From NCBI RefSeq assembly GCF_009914755.1, contig NC_060927.1: DNA of 64,000 nucleotides, one strand, 5' to 3'. The translations under genes were made by a program, and so were the position numbers. Positions 42,204-55,510 of this stretch are shown piece after piece. Positions within the stretch are counted from its first letter, which is position 1. Each line of letters opens with the position of its first letter. The DNA is from the human T2T-CHM13v2.0 reference genome, Homo sapiens. The notes under the pieces are model-generated. The model saw nothing but the letters and a program-made list of their open reading frames with translations. It had not been told where the DNA came from and ran no database searches.

Positions 42204-43758
42204 ACTTGAGCTACTATATGATTAAACTAGAAATTTTTATTTTTATGTAAATAATAACATGGAGGTGGGCAAATCATTGTACTTCATCTCTGTCTCTTCA
42301 TGTTGCAAACAAAGTAGGAAAATATAGATTTTCTTTGATGAACTATTATTTTTAGTGCCAGATTTGATCTAATAATTCAATTCTTTTAGTGTAGGCATCT
42401 TCAAAGTAAAGGAGAAAAATAAAAACAGAAAGAAAAGAAGAAAAAGAGAAAGAAAAATAAAATAGTATGTTTACCTGCCACAACAGAATACATAAACAAA
42501 GTATAATTATAGTTATTAAATTATTTCAGTTCTAGGGTGATTCTATTTTGTCATTAAACAAAAGTTAATTTATTTGTACATCAGATATAGTTAGAATAAA
42601 TAAAACCGGTATCTTTAAATGAAAATGTCACAGGTAAAAGTGAATGTATAATACCTCCTCCCTTATTTTTATGAGAGTTAAACTATTATGCACATATACT
42701 TTACCATCTAAGCTGATAGAATTAGCTTAATTAGATAGTCTCCATGCCAAAAACAATGATAAATTTTGAGTCTTCATCTCTCTCAAGTCTCACCAGCATT
42801 TGACACAGTTGACAGACCTTTTCCCCCATCTGGAAAGCACTTTCTTCACTTTCAGGACACCATACTCTTCCTGTAGATCATAGTTTGTGGGGCCGGGCAC
42901 AGGATGAGAATGTGGGGCTCCCTCGTGCAAAAAATCAGCAAAAAAAACTGTCCTTAAGGTACATATAACTTATGTGAATTACACAATAAATATTTTGTAG
43001 TTCATACTTGCATATGTACTTCATTCTTCCCGGAAGAGTGGAAACATTGCCCAAAACTAACTCAGCTATTTTATTTCACTTCTTCATACAGTAAATCCTG
43101 TGGAAGGAAAGAAGAAAGGAGGAAAGAGGATTGGATGGAAGAATCTCCACTTCTCAGTAATTTGTTTATTTACTTTATTAGTTTACATCCATGTGATTGG
43201 CATCTAAATTATTATTTTAAAGTTAGATGACTTTTGCTAATATCCTTGTATTTAAATTTTTAAAAATACATCTTTTTATTCTTCTAATGTGGTTGAAAAA
43301 TTACTTTTATTGGAGGTGAATAGGATTCGGACTTAAATTGTAAGACTTTTTTCTTCTTGCTCTTTTCCTTCTACCTTTGATTTAACTTACAAAAAAGCAC
43401 ATAGACAAAATATATTTAATTCTCTATTTAGTCATAATAGTTTCACAGACAAAAGTCAAAATGAGATTTGAATTATACTTTGTTGACAGGTAACTGATTG
43501 CCCTATAAATATCTCAATGACATTTCATTGCCTTTTTTGATAAATATGACATCATACTTTTGTCTATGATGCATGAAAATTGAAAAAATCTAATTATTAC
43601 AACTTTTGAAAGATAAGCATTTAGTAGATCTCTTTAAGTGCAATAAAACAATATTACATCTCAACAAAACTTACCCTGTACTAACAGATACCCAGGAAAT
43701 AAATAGTGAGTAAATTTGAAATTGCGAGCCTTTTTCACTTATAATTCTGAATATACAG

Positions 43759-43842
43759 ATTTAATGAAATAGCTCTCTTATTACAAATAAACTCAAAGAG
43801 CTGGAAAGCAAATACAAGAACTAAATGTAGAAGAGTTAGTTG
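43759..43842 (+). pseudogene. Candidate decayed exon, PDZ-like
   Basis: tacag| ... TTG|gtagat (both weak); AGKQIQELNVEELV resembles PDZ G-x-x-I-x-x-v-N. Confidence 0.33.
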
Positions 43843-44359
43843 GTAGATATAGTTAAATGGGTGTAGTTATAATAAAATTTGTTTTTACTTGTTTTTTTAT
43901 GTTAGAGCGATTTCTTTCTGAACTACCACTTCACATTGAATTATAGACCTTCAGGAATAGTTGCCTCCTTTTGGATTAATTCAATAAACATTTACTAAAT
44001 AGCTCACATCTATGGCAAGTCCTATGCTAAGACTTGGGGATATAATCATGAATATTTTTTGTCTTCTGAGGCCCACTGCCTATTGGGAAAACTAACAAAT
44101 TATTATTTCAACAAACCTACAATACGGGGATACAATGAAGATAAGCACAAAACAATAAGGGAGCAATGTGGTCTAATTACCTTGAAGGACCAAAAGGACT
44201 GAGTGAAGTAAAATGTTAAAGTGTCAAAAGAGTTACAGAAAGGGGAAACAGAATGAGACAAGACACACATGTTTTGGAAATTGCATTCTGGCTTCTGCAT
44301 TAATGTCATTACATTTGCTCTTACAAGATCACTAGAGGCAGTCACCTCATATTAATGCC

Positions 44360-45690
44360 TCCTGCAGCTTTTGATGCTTTCCTGTAACACCCTTCCTCTG
44401 GTATCTGAGGCATCCTACTTGGTTTGTTTCTATCTCTCAAGTCATTCACAGTCTTGTTTATGGCTCTCTTTTTAGTCTCCTCTTTATCCGTTAAAGGTTA
44501 GTATTCCTCACAATTTGGTCCTGACCTCTCTTCTTTCCTTACTCTTCACATTTTCTGCAAGCAATCTGATCCAGTCCCATGGTTTCAATTTTCAAAAATC
44601 TTTTGAAACCGCTAAAACATCTGTCCCTAATTTCTCTCTCTCTCTCTTCTGGGTTCCAAACACATAATACAGCACTTTTGCCTGATAGTTCTATCTGGCT
44701 GTTCTTGAGGGTCCTCAAGCCCAACATGTTCTAAAGCAAATGTTTTCCTGCCCCATCGCAGTGCATGGTACTACCATTTTCCTGGTTGTCAATGTCAGAA
44801 ATCTGAAATGACATCTTTGATTTTTCCTCCCCCTTAGTTCTCCATGTCCAATTAGTTATGCCAGTAATAACTTCTAAAGAGTCTCTCAAATTCCCCTGTG
44901 CTGTATCCTCTTGGTATAATTATCAGACTTTTGCAAGACTCTCTTAAGTTGCCTCCAGCCTCAAGTTCTCCTCCCTTCAATCCATTTTCTGCAATGCAGT
45001 CAGGTGATCTTGGTAAAGCACAACTTTGATCATATCATTCATTCTCATTATTAAAACCCCCAATAGTTCTCATTTATATAAAAATCAAGTTAAACTTATT
45101 CATAAAGTGGCATGTATCTCGATTTGCCTGAGACAATTAAGTTTACGATTTTAGCTCCAGGATCTTCTGCTAGCACCCCCTTAACTCTCAAAAGGGTCTT
45201 GGTTCAGATGATAACTTATATTGTCACCCTACATATAAAATCTTCAAAGATTTCTGCTTGTGTCTTCAGCCTCATCTCTGTTACTCTCTTTTTCATTCTA
45301 AGCCCTAGCCACCCTAAACTACCAAAGGTACTCAAACTGCAATGCTCTCTCTCACCTCCAGCCTTTGCCTTTTGCCTGTATCGTCCTTTCTCCTGTTTCC
45401 CTTTCTTTGCCTCTCTCACTCCTACTTAACCTCCAGGTGTCAGACTGGATAACAGTTCTTCTTGAAAGCCTTCTCTGATTCTCTTCTACCTCAGCTGATC
45501 AAGTGTGCCTTCTAAGGGATTCCATACCATTCTAGTTACTTTTATTGTAACACTTTTCATGCTAATTAATAATTTCCTACTCTTTCTTTCACCTTCACCA
45601 TATTTCTTCCTTGAATAAATCTGACCTGTTCACTATTGTATTTCTACCACTTAGCACAGTGCCTAGCACACACAGTAGAAGCTAAAATGC
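44360..45690 (+). mobile_element. L2
   Basis: Degenerate L2 body (cctcaagcccaacatgttctaaag) ending cttagcacagtgcctagcaca. Confidence 0.75.
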
Positions 45691-45983
45691 TAAAAGGCCT
45701 GTGAATGGTGATGGAATTTTTAATCAACCTGAACATAGTTTTATTTAGACTGAGATGAAAACTCTTTATAAAAATTGATTTATCTTGTAATTTAATGAGC
45801 AATGACCGTTCGGTATTTTGGCCTCCTTTATCTTATTTATGTTATCAAATTTTGCCAATGGAAATAGAGTGAACAGTGAACCTTGTAATTCGCTGAAGAA
45901 AATAATAAAAAATTATTTAAAATACAATTTTGGGGTTTTGTTTAGTATTTATCATAATAATCTTTTTTATTCATTTCTCTCAG

Positions 45984-46096
45984 AGCTGCCAGTTAGTTTC
46001 AGGTAATTAAAATGATTTCAGATTCAGTGAAATTACTTGTTCGCCTTTAGATTGGTTTCTATCAGCCCAGATAGCTCACATTAAAATATAAAGCAG
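45984..46096 (+). pseudogene. Candidate decayed exon, PDZ C-terminal helix and strand
   Basis: Strong acceptor ttcatttctctcag| and donor CAG|gtgggt; LPVS/QVIKMISDSVKLLVR, then two TAG stops. Confidence 0.48.
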
Positions 46097-46351
46097 GTGG
46101 GTAATCTGAAGAACATCCAACACAATAAAGTCACAAATGGAGTCTCATTGTTAGGGATTATCAATAAGCACTTAGCAGTGATTTTTCTGGTAATGACAGG
46201 TTAACTGACTTCAAAAAGGAAAGTAACAAAAACATGATGAGTTTCTAGGAATAAATGTTTTTTGAAGGTTGATATGATATAGGCGAACATCAGTATTATT
46301 GACTAGAATTTGGAGATTCAAACTAGAGTGCAATAAAAGAAGTCTAAAGTA

Positions 46352-46696
<345 letters not shown>

Positions 46697-47290
46697 TCAC
46701 TACATGTTGAACATTTATTAAGCTCCCTTCCTGTAAAGAAGGCTGGGAAGCATCAGAGATTTAAACAGCCTTTGGCAAAACAAAATGAAACCCTTAGCAA
46801 ATATTGCATCATATTTTTTGCAAATAAAAAATTTAAAAAGTGAGTTTTGTTGGCATTTGGCTAGTTGCCATTTCCGCTGTAGACAGCAAAATCTTTAGAA
46901 AGTATCAATTAGCTTGTGTTAGGCTCAACAAGATTATATCTGTATAAGAAAAATTTTAAGATTCCAAGAATCAGCAGTGCTGTAACATCAGATTTGGGCA
47001 ACCCTAAAAATCCTTTAGTTTATTCTCCAGCACCTTTTAACAAAACCATTCTGTATTCACATTTTAAGTCTTCACAGTAGACCTGTTGTTAATTTATGCC
47101 ATTACTTATCTGAAAGCAAGAAAACTGTTTTTCCTATCTCACATAAATCCTTTGTGTACACATGATGTCATACCACAACACATGAGTTACATTAGTATGA
47201 TGTGCCTTTTTGCCCTCTGTGGGTTTCAAGGATGATAAATCTGCTAAATAAATAGAATGTTGCTACTTCAGCAGCCTGTTTCTTTTCTAG

Positions 47291-47445
47291 AATGGACTCC
47301 AGAGCTGTGACTCCCAAAGCCCCAAAGGCTGGTCCACAAGTTAGCATTGGCAAAACCAAGGGAAAACAAGGAACACAAAGAAAACATAGTCGAGTTTCAT
47401 GATGAGACATTGTGCTACTTTAAACGATTAGCCTTTATTTTAACA
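47291..47445 (+). pseudogene. Candidate decayed exon, PH N-terminal-like
   Basis: tttcttttctag| ... ACA|gtgggt; PKAGPQVSIGKTKGKQGTQRKH / VEFHDETLCYFKR. Confidence 0.42.
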
Positions 47446-49352
47446 GTGGGTTTTTTTGTATTTGGATTAACTAATATATCTTTTCATTTTAGAAGTGGAT
47501 GATGAAATATATAATATTTCTATTGTTTTAGTGACCTTATTTGGAAAATAAGAAACTGTAAATTTGATGTCAATTGATTTTCTAAAATTTTGCATAGTTA
47601 TAAAATACTCAAATTGGAAACTACTGCTTTTCTACAGTGAATTTGTAATAAGTTAATTGAGTTAAATCTTGAAAAATCTGTGACTATATTTTATACATAC
47701 ATATATAAACATGCACATGCAAATATATGTATATATAATTATTTATGTTAGAAAATTTCATATAAAGAAAGGATATTTTAAAAATGTAAAATGATAAGCA
47801 CTTGGTCCACCTCATACTTTCCATCAGTTGTTATAACCTGGTATCAATTACCTAGTAACAATATTTACTTAATAACAATTTATGATTACCTAACAATTTC
47901 TTCCAGTTTAAGTTTTGATTTCTCTTAGCCTGCTTTTTTTTTTCTGAGTTGTGTAGCCCTTTATTAGCAACTAAAATAGAAGGCATCTGTTGTACAACAC
48001 GGGTAGTAATTGACTATAACTGGAAATCTATTATATTCTAATACAGATCATCTATAAATGCAATTTCTTTATTAAAAATCTTCCACCTTTTTTGTTTGTT
48101 TGTGTACAATTTGCAAAACTATTCTGAAAGTGGAATATATGTGCACAAGTTTGCAGAGTGCAAATTTAGGATATGGTAAATGCTTTACCAGTTACTTTCC
48201 AAAAACTGTCTGCTGCAACTGAACCTTTACATTGTCATCTTTTTTGATCAAAATATTTTGATGCCAGCCTTCCTTCTACTGCCTAAACTATAAGGCATTT
48301 TTTAATGACCTGAAGGTTTTGCTATAGTTACTATGATGAATACCAGGGGGAGATTTATAGATCCACTGAACATCTAGATAAAATGGGTATGAGTGTTACA
48401 GAACAATTAGACCCTGTATCTTTTACCAATTACATGAAGAAATATCGTAACTATATGTGGAAGACTTCCCATTCGGGTGTTATTAAATGCTATCACAGAG
48501 CTCCAGAAGAATGGAATGAATATGAGCTTTTCCTTTTTGAATTATGCCCAGTCAAGCCAGTGTAGAAACTGGCAAGACAATTCAGTGAGTTATGCAGCTG
48601 GAACACTCATGGTCCACTGAAGCTCTGAATCCTCAGGGATGCCACCTGCACATTCTCATACTCTGTCCAGGGCCCCAACCTAGCCTTTACCATGATACTG
48701 GTCTTGGTTTGGGGGGATTTGAAACCTCAAACTAATAGAAATTTCTTTTTTTTTTCTAGTAGGTGTAGTCCTTCCTTAGCCTGCTTTTTAATGAGTGCTG
48801 CTAAAGCCCTTAGCCTGCCTGTTTACCCTTGGAGGTAAGATCTTCTTCTCCTCTGATTAGAAAAGTCAATCTCCCCAAGCATTTCTGCTTCATTGGTTTC
48901 ACTCTACCACTGAATGGCTATTATGTGCCAGGCCTTGGGCCAGGTACTCAAAACTCTGTTAGACCAAGAACATAACTATTCATACCCTGGGGGAAAAAAG
49001 GGAAAAACTTTATCTCCAATTTAATCTTCCAAGAAGAAAATAAAAGCTTTTTCCTTGATTATTTTCTCCCCGAAGATTGGAATATAAGGCAGGATCCATA
49101 CATCTATGTTACGAACATACCATGGAATTTTTCTCAGTTTGTGTCTTGTTTCCCAACCAGTTATTCTTCATACTGTTACAGGAAAATCTCACTTCTTCTT
49201 CTGAAGCTGCCAGGTCAAGAGGGAACTGAAATAAATTTCCACTGAAAGAAACCTCTTGAAATGTTTTCCATAAACAATTCATACATAAACACACAAACAT
49301 TTCCCAATAGTTAACTCTGTGAAGTGTTCTCCAGCTTAAGAATCATTTCTCC

Positions 49353-49710
<358 letters not shown>

Positions 49711-50850
49711 TTAGATATTTGTACTTTTACGCACTTATTTAACTAATACTTCATTCATTCTTATGATATACCAGACTCTGTGTTTGACACGAGAGATACC
49801 AAGTGGTGAACAATATAGACAGGGAATCTACTATGGCTGTCAGTTACTTGGTAGTAGGTAATGACCAATGTGAAGAAAGAGTAGAAGAAAATGAATTAAC
49901 TAGTCATTTGTTTGGAGAAGTCATTTCTTAAACATCTAAATTAGATTAGGCCCTTTTCCTACAATAAGCTCTTAAATAAACACCCAGTATACCTACATCA
50001 TAATAGACATAACAGCTTTAATCAATTAGTTGTGAATTTGATGTAAGTTAGCATTAGATGCCTGATCTGTACATAGTGCCAGGAAGATAGAGGTTGCTTC
50101 TGTGTGTTCTCCACTCTGTTCTCAAGACCCAATACGATGTCTGGTACCTTGTAGTTACTCAGAAAATGCATATTAAGTTGATGGTAAAATCTTAGTCCCA
50201 GGAACAATAATATTTGGTTTCTTACATAGCACCTTCACTACCATCTGTCCAGTCAGGATAAGTAAGAATCATTTTACTGCTATCAGGATCTCAAAACAGA
50301 CTGAGACTTGGAATTGGGAGAAACATGAAGTTGAACATTTCAGAGCACCTGGCACCTGCCCCCCAAACCAAAGCTGTTGTCTAATTAGTCTGCTTGGCAT
50401 AAAACTAGATTTGCCACTGCTCTGTAAAACTACTTTATTTCAAACAGACTACAAAAGCAGCACGTAGTGATCACAGAAAAATTGGAAAGTTTAGAAAATT
50501 ATATATTATATGTGTTTAAGATTTTGCTAGAGGTATTTAAGGCCACCCCTGTAACCTTGCTTTGTAGGTACTCATTATTGAGCACCATCTCATAGCCTCT
50601 TCATGTGCGCTTCACTTTCCCAGTGCCCCGTGCTTCTCACCACCCTATTCTGCAAACCAATCTGCCCTTTTTTGATGCCATGTTCTGAATCTTCCCTTCC
50701 CCGACCCTCAACCGTTGGTTTCCATTTCCATGGGAATTGCTGATGACTAACAGGCTATTGTCAATCTAACCCTTATGCAGAAGCCCATTTACAAAGCTCA
50801 TAAAAGCATAACTCTGAAGTGTTGAGAGGGTCCGGGGGCTCAGAAGAAAG

Positions 50851-51189
50851 GCATTTTCTTGCCTTTTCCAGTTTCTAGAGGTTTCCTGCATTCCTTGGCT
50901 CATGGCATCCTTCCCTCTTAAAGTTAGCAATGACCAATTGAGTTTTCCTCCATTACATCACTCTGACACTGACTCTTCTTTCTCCCTTTTACACATTTAA
51001 GGACACTTGTGATTACACTGGGCCCACCTGGAAAATTCAGGAAAATCTTCGTATTTTAAAGTCAGCTGGCTAGCAACTCTAATTCCGTTGGCTACCTTAC
51101 TTCTCATTTGCTGTGCAGGGTAACACAGTCACAGTTTCCAGGTATTAAGATGTGGACATCTTTGGGGAGCCATTATCCTGCCTAACACA
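50851..51189 (-). mobile_element. MLT1D-like LTR part
   Basis: ccagtttctagagg..tgcattccttggctcatggc..tgtgattacactgggcccacctgga..tgtggacatctttgggg. Confidence 0.85.
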
Positions 51190-51279
51190 GGAGGGTTTGT
51201 GAGTCCTCTAACATAGTTTTTTCTACTTTGCCTTATAAGACCTCAAGATTTTCCTTTCTCTTCTTTTCCTCTTCACCTC

Positions 51280-51830
51280 TGCATTAGGCAGGGTTCTCCA
51301 GAGACAGAATCAGTAGGATATGTACATATACATAAGCAGATATAGATACCTAAGAGGTGATGTGTTAGGGGAATTGGCTTAAGAAAGTATGGAAGCTAAG
51401 AAGTCCCACAACTAGCCACCAGCAAACTGGAGACATGGGGACGGAGGTAGCCTGGCTCAGTTCAAGTCTAAAAGCCTCAGAATCAGGGAGGCCAATAGTG
51501 TAACTGTCCAGGCCCAAGACCTGAAAACCCAGGAAATCACTGGTGTAAATCCTGGAATCCAAAGTGGAGTTCTGATGTCCAAGGGCAGAAGAGTGTACCC
51601 ACTTAAAGCCAGACAGAATTTGCCTTTCCTCAGCATTTGTGTTCTATCTGGGACCCCAGCTGATTAGATGGTGCCCATCATATTGAGGGTGGATCTTCCC
51701 CACTTAGTCTACCAACTCACATGACAATCTTCTCAGGAAACACCCTTACAGACACACCCAGAAGTAAGGCATTACCAGTTGTCAAAATATTCCTTAATCC
51801 AGTCAGGTCGACACCTAAAATTAACCATCA
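51280..51830 (-). mobile_element. MLT2B-like ERVL LTR
   Basis: agggttctccagagacagaatcagtagga...ttgagggtggatcttcccc...acacctaaaattaaccatca. Confidence 0.88.
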
Positions 51831-52659
51831 AAACCTCCTAGTTGCCAAAGGGTATGTCTCACTATTTTTCTTGCCTTTATTCTCTCCCAAAAGCTGTGTT
51901 TCAAAAAAGGCCCCTTTATATCAAGCCTGTGCTTTCACATCTTGCATACTTTGAAGTCTCTTCCCTGTAGCTCATGCTCTGATTTGCCTGAACACTTTCA
52001 TGGTACTTTCTGATAGTTTTAGATCGACTTTAGGCCTCTTTCCTTTCCTGTCCTCCCCACAGTTTTCCTTGGTTTGCCCTAGTCTTACTGTGGGATAAGG
52101 CTGAAGCTGGTGCATGCGAGACATACCAAACGTTTAAATTCATGGTTATTTTGAAGTTTTACTAGTCTCTGTTCTCAAGATCTACTGAGTGCTTGGTTTT
52201 TCTGTAGATATACTTTCCTTTCTTTTTTGTTTTGTATCGTTTTTGAAGGAAGTATAATATTAGGAGACTGCTAGGTAGGTCACGTCCACAAGTTCCATAT
52301 TTTGATTTGATTGCACAATATTAAGAACATACTCTGCAAGAGGTATTTGTAAATGGTAGCCTTTATTTTTTAACAGCTCATGTTCCAAATTCCTTATTTT
52401 AACAGATCCTAAGACCTAAGAGAAACAAAAAAAAGTATTTTTAATTGTCTAACAACATGTACCAACTGCTTAGCTTTTCTTAACTGATATTAGTCAATTT
52501 GGAAGTTGTGCAAGAACTTTAGTCAATTTAAACCTTGATTGTTTTGTGGTTGTTTCAAAAGTAACTTACAATTTTGAGATAGATATTATTTTTTTAAAAA
52601 ATCAGACACATTGTTGCTTTGTAGTCCATTGTATGGATACTGTTCTTTCTTTGTGTGTT

Positions 52660-54095
52660 GGGGTACCATTGAAGCATTTTAATCAGAAGAGTGACTTGCG
52701 TTTAACAGAATCGCTGTGAGTGCTATGGAGTATAGGCTGTAGGGTGGTATCCTGAAGCAGAAGACCAGTAAAGCAGCAGCTGTAATGATACTAATAAATG
52801 TAGGGGTCTCATAACAGGCTAGCCATGAAGGGAAGGAAGGTGATCAGATTCTGAATACATTTTGAAAGTAGAGCTCATAGGATTTCATGAGGGATTGGAT
52901 GTGGGATTTGAAAGAAAGAGAGTAGTTGAGGATAATTCCAAGATTTTTGGCTTGAATAGACAGAAGATACGAAAGCAGCTGATTTGGACAGGAGGTTTAA
53001 AGGTATATTTCTGGAAGATTAAGATTGAGATGCATCTAAGACATATAAGAGGAATTTCAAGTAGGCAGGTGAATATATGAGTCTGAGATTCAAGAGAGAG
53101 AGAAATCTAGGATGGAGTTATAAATTTTGGAGTCATTAGCATATAGATGGTTTTTAAGGCCATGAGACTGCATAAGATCATTATCCAAATAAGACTGAGT
53201 TGAGAGAGAAAGATGTTTAGAGGCTGAGCTCTGGGCATACTGAGGTTAGGAGCTGGTGGGGGATGAGCAGGGAACAGCAAAAGGGACTATGAAGTAAAAA
53301 GACAGCTGGTGAGGTGTAGAGTCCTAGAAGCCAAATGAAGAGAGTGCTGAAAGGAGAGAGTAACCGTACTTTTCAAGTAAAGGATATAAGGACTAGGAAT
53401 TGACCGTTGAATTTAGTAACCTGAAAATCATTAATGACCTTGCCAACTGTAATTTCAGTGGAGCAATGAACTGAAGATATTTGAGTGAGTTCAAGAGAGA
53501 CTCAGAAGAGAAGAATTGGAGGCAGCAAACATAGACAGCACTTTTAATGCTTTTCTCATATGCTGTAAGACATGAAAGCAATCTATTGGGATGAAAGCTG
53601 AAAGGAGAAGCGGGACAAGAGAAGGTATCTTTTGTTTTTGTTTTCAATGGGAAAGTTACAGCAGGCTTATATGCTGTGGGAATGATGCAGTAAAGAAGAG
53701 ATATTAATGATGGAGAAGGAAGAGACTTTTTGGTTTAATGACTTTAAGTAGAGATGAAGTGACAGACCCCAGTCCACAAATGAAGATGGAAGCACTGATA
53801 AGGCCTACTTGTTAGAGGGGAAAGTAGAGTAAGTGGGCAGCTAGATGTGAGTAGGTGGATACATGCATGATAGTACCCTGTGGAAATCCTTTTCTCATTG
53901 TTTAGGCGAGAGTAGGTTGGAGGCAGAAATAAGGGAAATTAGAAAAAAAGGAAGAACAACTGAAAATCATCTACTAGACTGGGTGGGATGGGGCAGGTTG
54001 GAGAATGGTTCTGAGAATTTAGTGTGACTGCCAGACAACACCTTGAGGTGAGTGGTTATACATTTTGGAGTGAGACCAGTCAGCATAATGGTGCG
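52660..54095 (-). mobile_element. L2, long fragment
   Basis: tcagattctgaatacatttgaaagtagag..gggattggatgtggga..gagtcattagcatatagatgg..ccatgagactg. Confidence 0.85.
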
Positions 54096-54101
54096 TTTAT
54101 C

Positions 54102-54432
54102 TTTTTTTCTTTTTCTTTCTTTCTTTCTTTTTTTTTTTTTTTTTTTTTTTTGAGACAGAGTCTTGCTCTGTCACCAGGCTGGAGTGCAGTAGCACTATCT
54201 CGGCTCACTGCAATCACTGACTCCCTGGTTCAAGCAATTCTCCTGCCTCAGCCTCCCGAGTAGCTGGGACTACAAGCACCTGCCACCATGTCCAGCTAAT
54301 TTTTGTATTTTTAGTAGAGACGGGGTTTCACCATGTTGGCCAGGATCGTCTCGATCTCCTGACCTCAAGTGATGCACCCGCCTCGGCCTCCCGAAGTACT
54401 AGGATTACAGGCATAAGCCACCGCGCCCGGCC
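54102..54432 (-). mobile_element. AluS (Sc-like)
   Basis: Antisense dimer; TSD taatggtg(c/t)gttt. Confidence 0.94.
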
Positions 54433-54509
54433 TAATGGTGTGTTTTTCTTGAACCACATTTTGCTTCACAGAAGTAGGTACAGGTAAGTGAGGAGTTGAG
54501 AGTGTATAA

Positions 54510-54647
54510 TAGGAACATTTTAAAATATGAATGCCTGGGCCCCACCCACTTTCAGATATTATTTGTTTAGTTGAGGAAGGGCCTGGACACTGGATTTTTT
54601 TAAAAGCACCCAAGATAATTCTAAGCAAAGTCAGAGTTGAGTCGCTG
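54510..54647. mobile_element. MER5-type fragment
   Basis: atgcctgggccccaccc...tttttaaaagcacccaagataattctaa. Confidence 0.7.
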
Positions 54648-54660
54648 GAGTATTACATAG

Positions 54661-54719
54661 CTTTTGCCCAAAGCAGTTAGGAGTCTGGATCAATTGTTGT
54701 GAGTTATAAAGCTAAAAAG
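54661..54719 (+). pseudogene. Candidate decayed exon, PH C-terminal helix
   Basis: Consensus donor AAG|gtaagt; weak acceptor next to MER5; PKQLGVWINCCEL*. Confidence 0.3.
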
Positions 54720-54854
54720 GTAAGTTTAGTTGTGTTTTATTCATTTTTGGATAATCTTGGCCTAGAATTTTTGGACTTGGGAAAGTTCCCAGGATGCTTA
54801 AAAAAGATAAGAGTAAAGAAAATGTATGACATTGGTTCTGTAGTTTATAGGCAT

Positions 54855-54898
54855 ACACACACACACACACACACACGAGAGAGAGAGAGAGAGAGAGA
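54855..54898 (+). repeat. (CA)n(GA)n compound microsatellite
   Basis: Directly visible. Confidence 0.95.
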
Positions 54899-55018
54899 AG
54901 AAAAGAAAGGAAAATGTCTAACATTTGTCATCTCTGTCCCTATCACGGGAAAAGTATCCAGAAAGTTTAGATGTAATATTTTAGGCATTTGAAAATTTTT
55001 AAAAATTATACTAACTTA

Positions 55019-55109
55019 GGCCAGGCATGGTGGCTCACACCTATAATCCCAGCACTTTGAGAGGCCGAGGCAGGTGGATTACATGAGGTCAGGAGTTTGA
55101 GACCAGTCT
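55019..55109 (+). mobile_element. 3'-truncated Alu (first ~90 nt of the left arm)
   Basis: ggccaggcatggtggctcac...gagtttgagaccagtct, then unique sequence; no tail or TSD. Confidence 0.92.
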
Positions 55110-55326
55110 CTGAAGCAGTAAAGACTATGGGAGAGTTTACTATGATTTTGGCAGACAGCAATTTCTTAGTACACAAAAACACAGCTACATTCTTCTATTT
55201 TTGGGAAAGGAGACATACAACTTTCAAGTTTAGAGGACATTCGTTTTATCAGCTCATGAAGTTAAAAATTCACAGTGCTATCTATGTACACAGCAGACAC
55301 TCAGAGCAGGATAGTTGGATCAATAA
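55110..55326 (+). pseudogene. Candidate decayed exon, near-complete PH domain, 5' end missing
   Basis: RLWE/TMILADSN/YTKTQ..GKGDIQLSSLEDIRFISS*S*KFTVLSMYTADTQ/EQDSWINK; donor TAA|gtaagt. Confidence 0.58.
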
Positions 55327-55510
55327 GTAAGTACACATATACTCCTTTTTTTCCTGAAAAGTTGTAAAAAATTTGCTTTGAAATAAATATCTATTATTTA
55401 TTTCTTGTTATGAACAAGGCAGAATTCCCAGTCTTCAAATCACAGGAGTTTTATTTGAGCAAACTTCAAGCAAGAATTGGATATCTTCCATTTTGCTTCT
55501 TTTTCTACAG

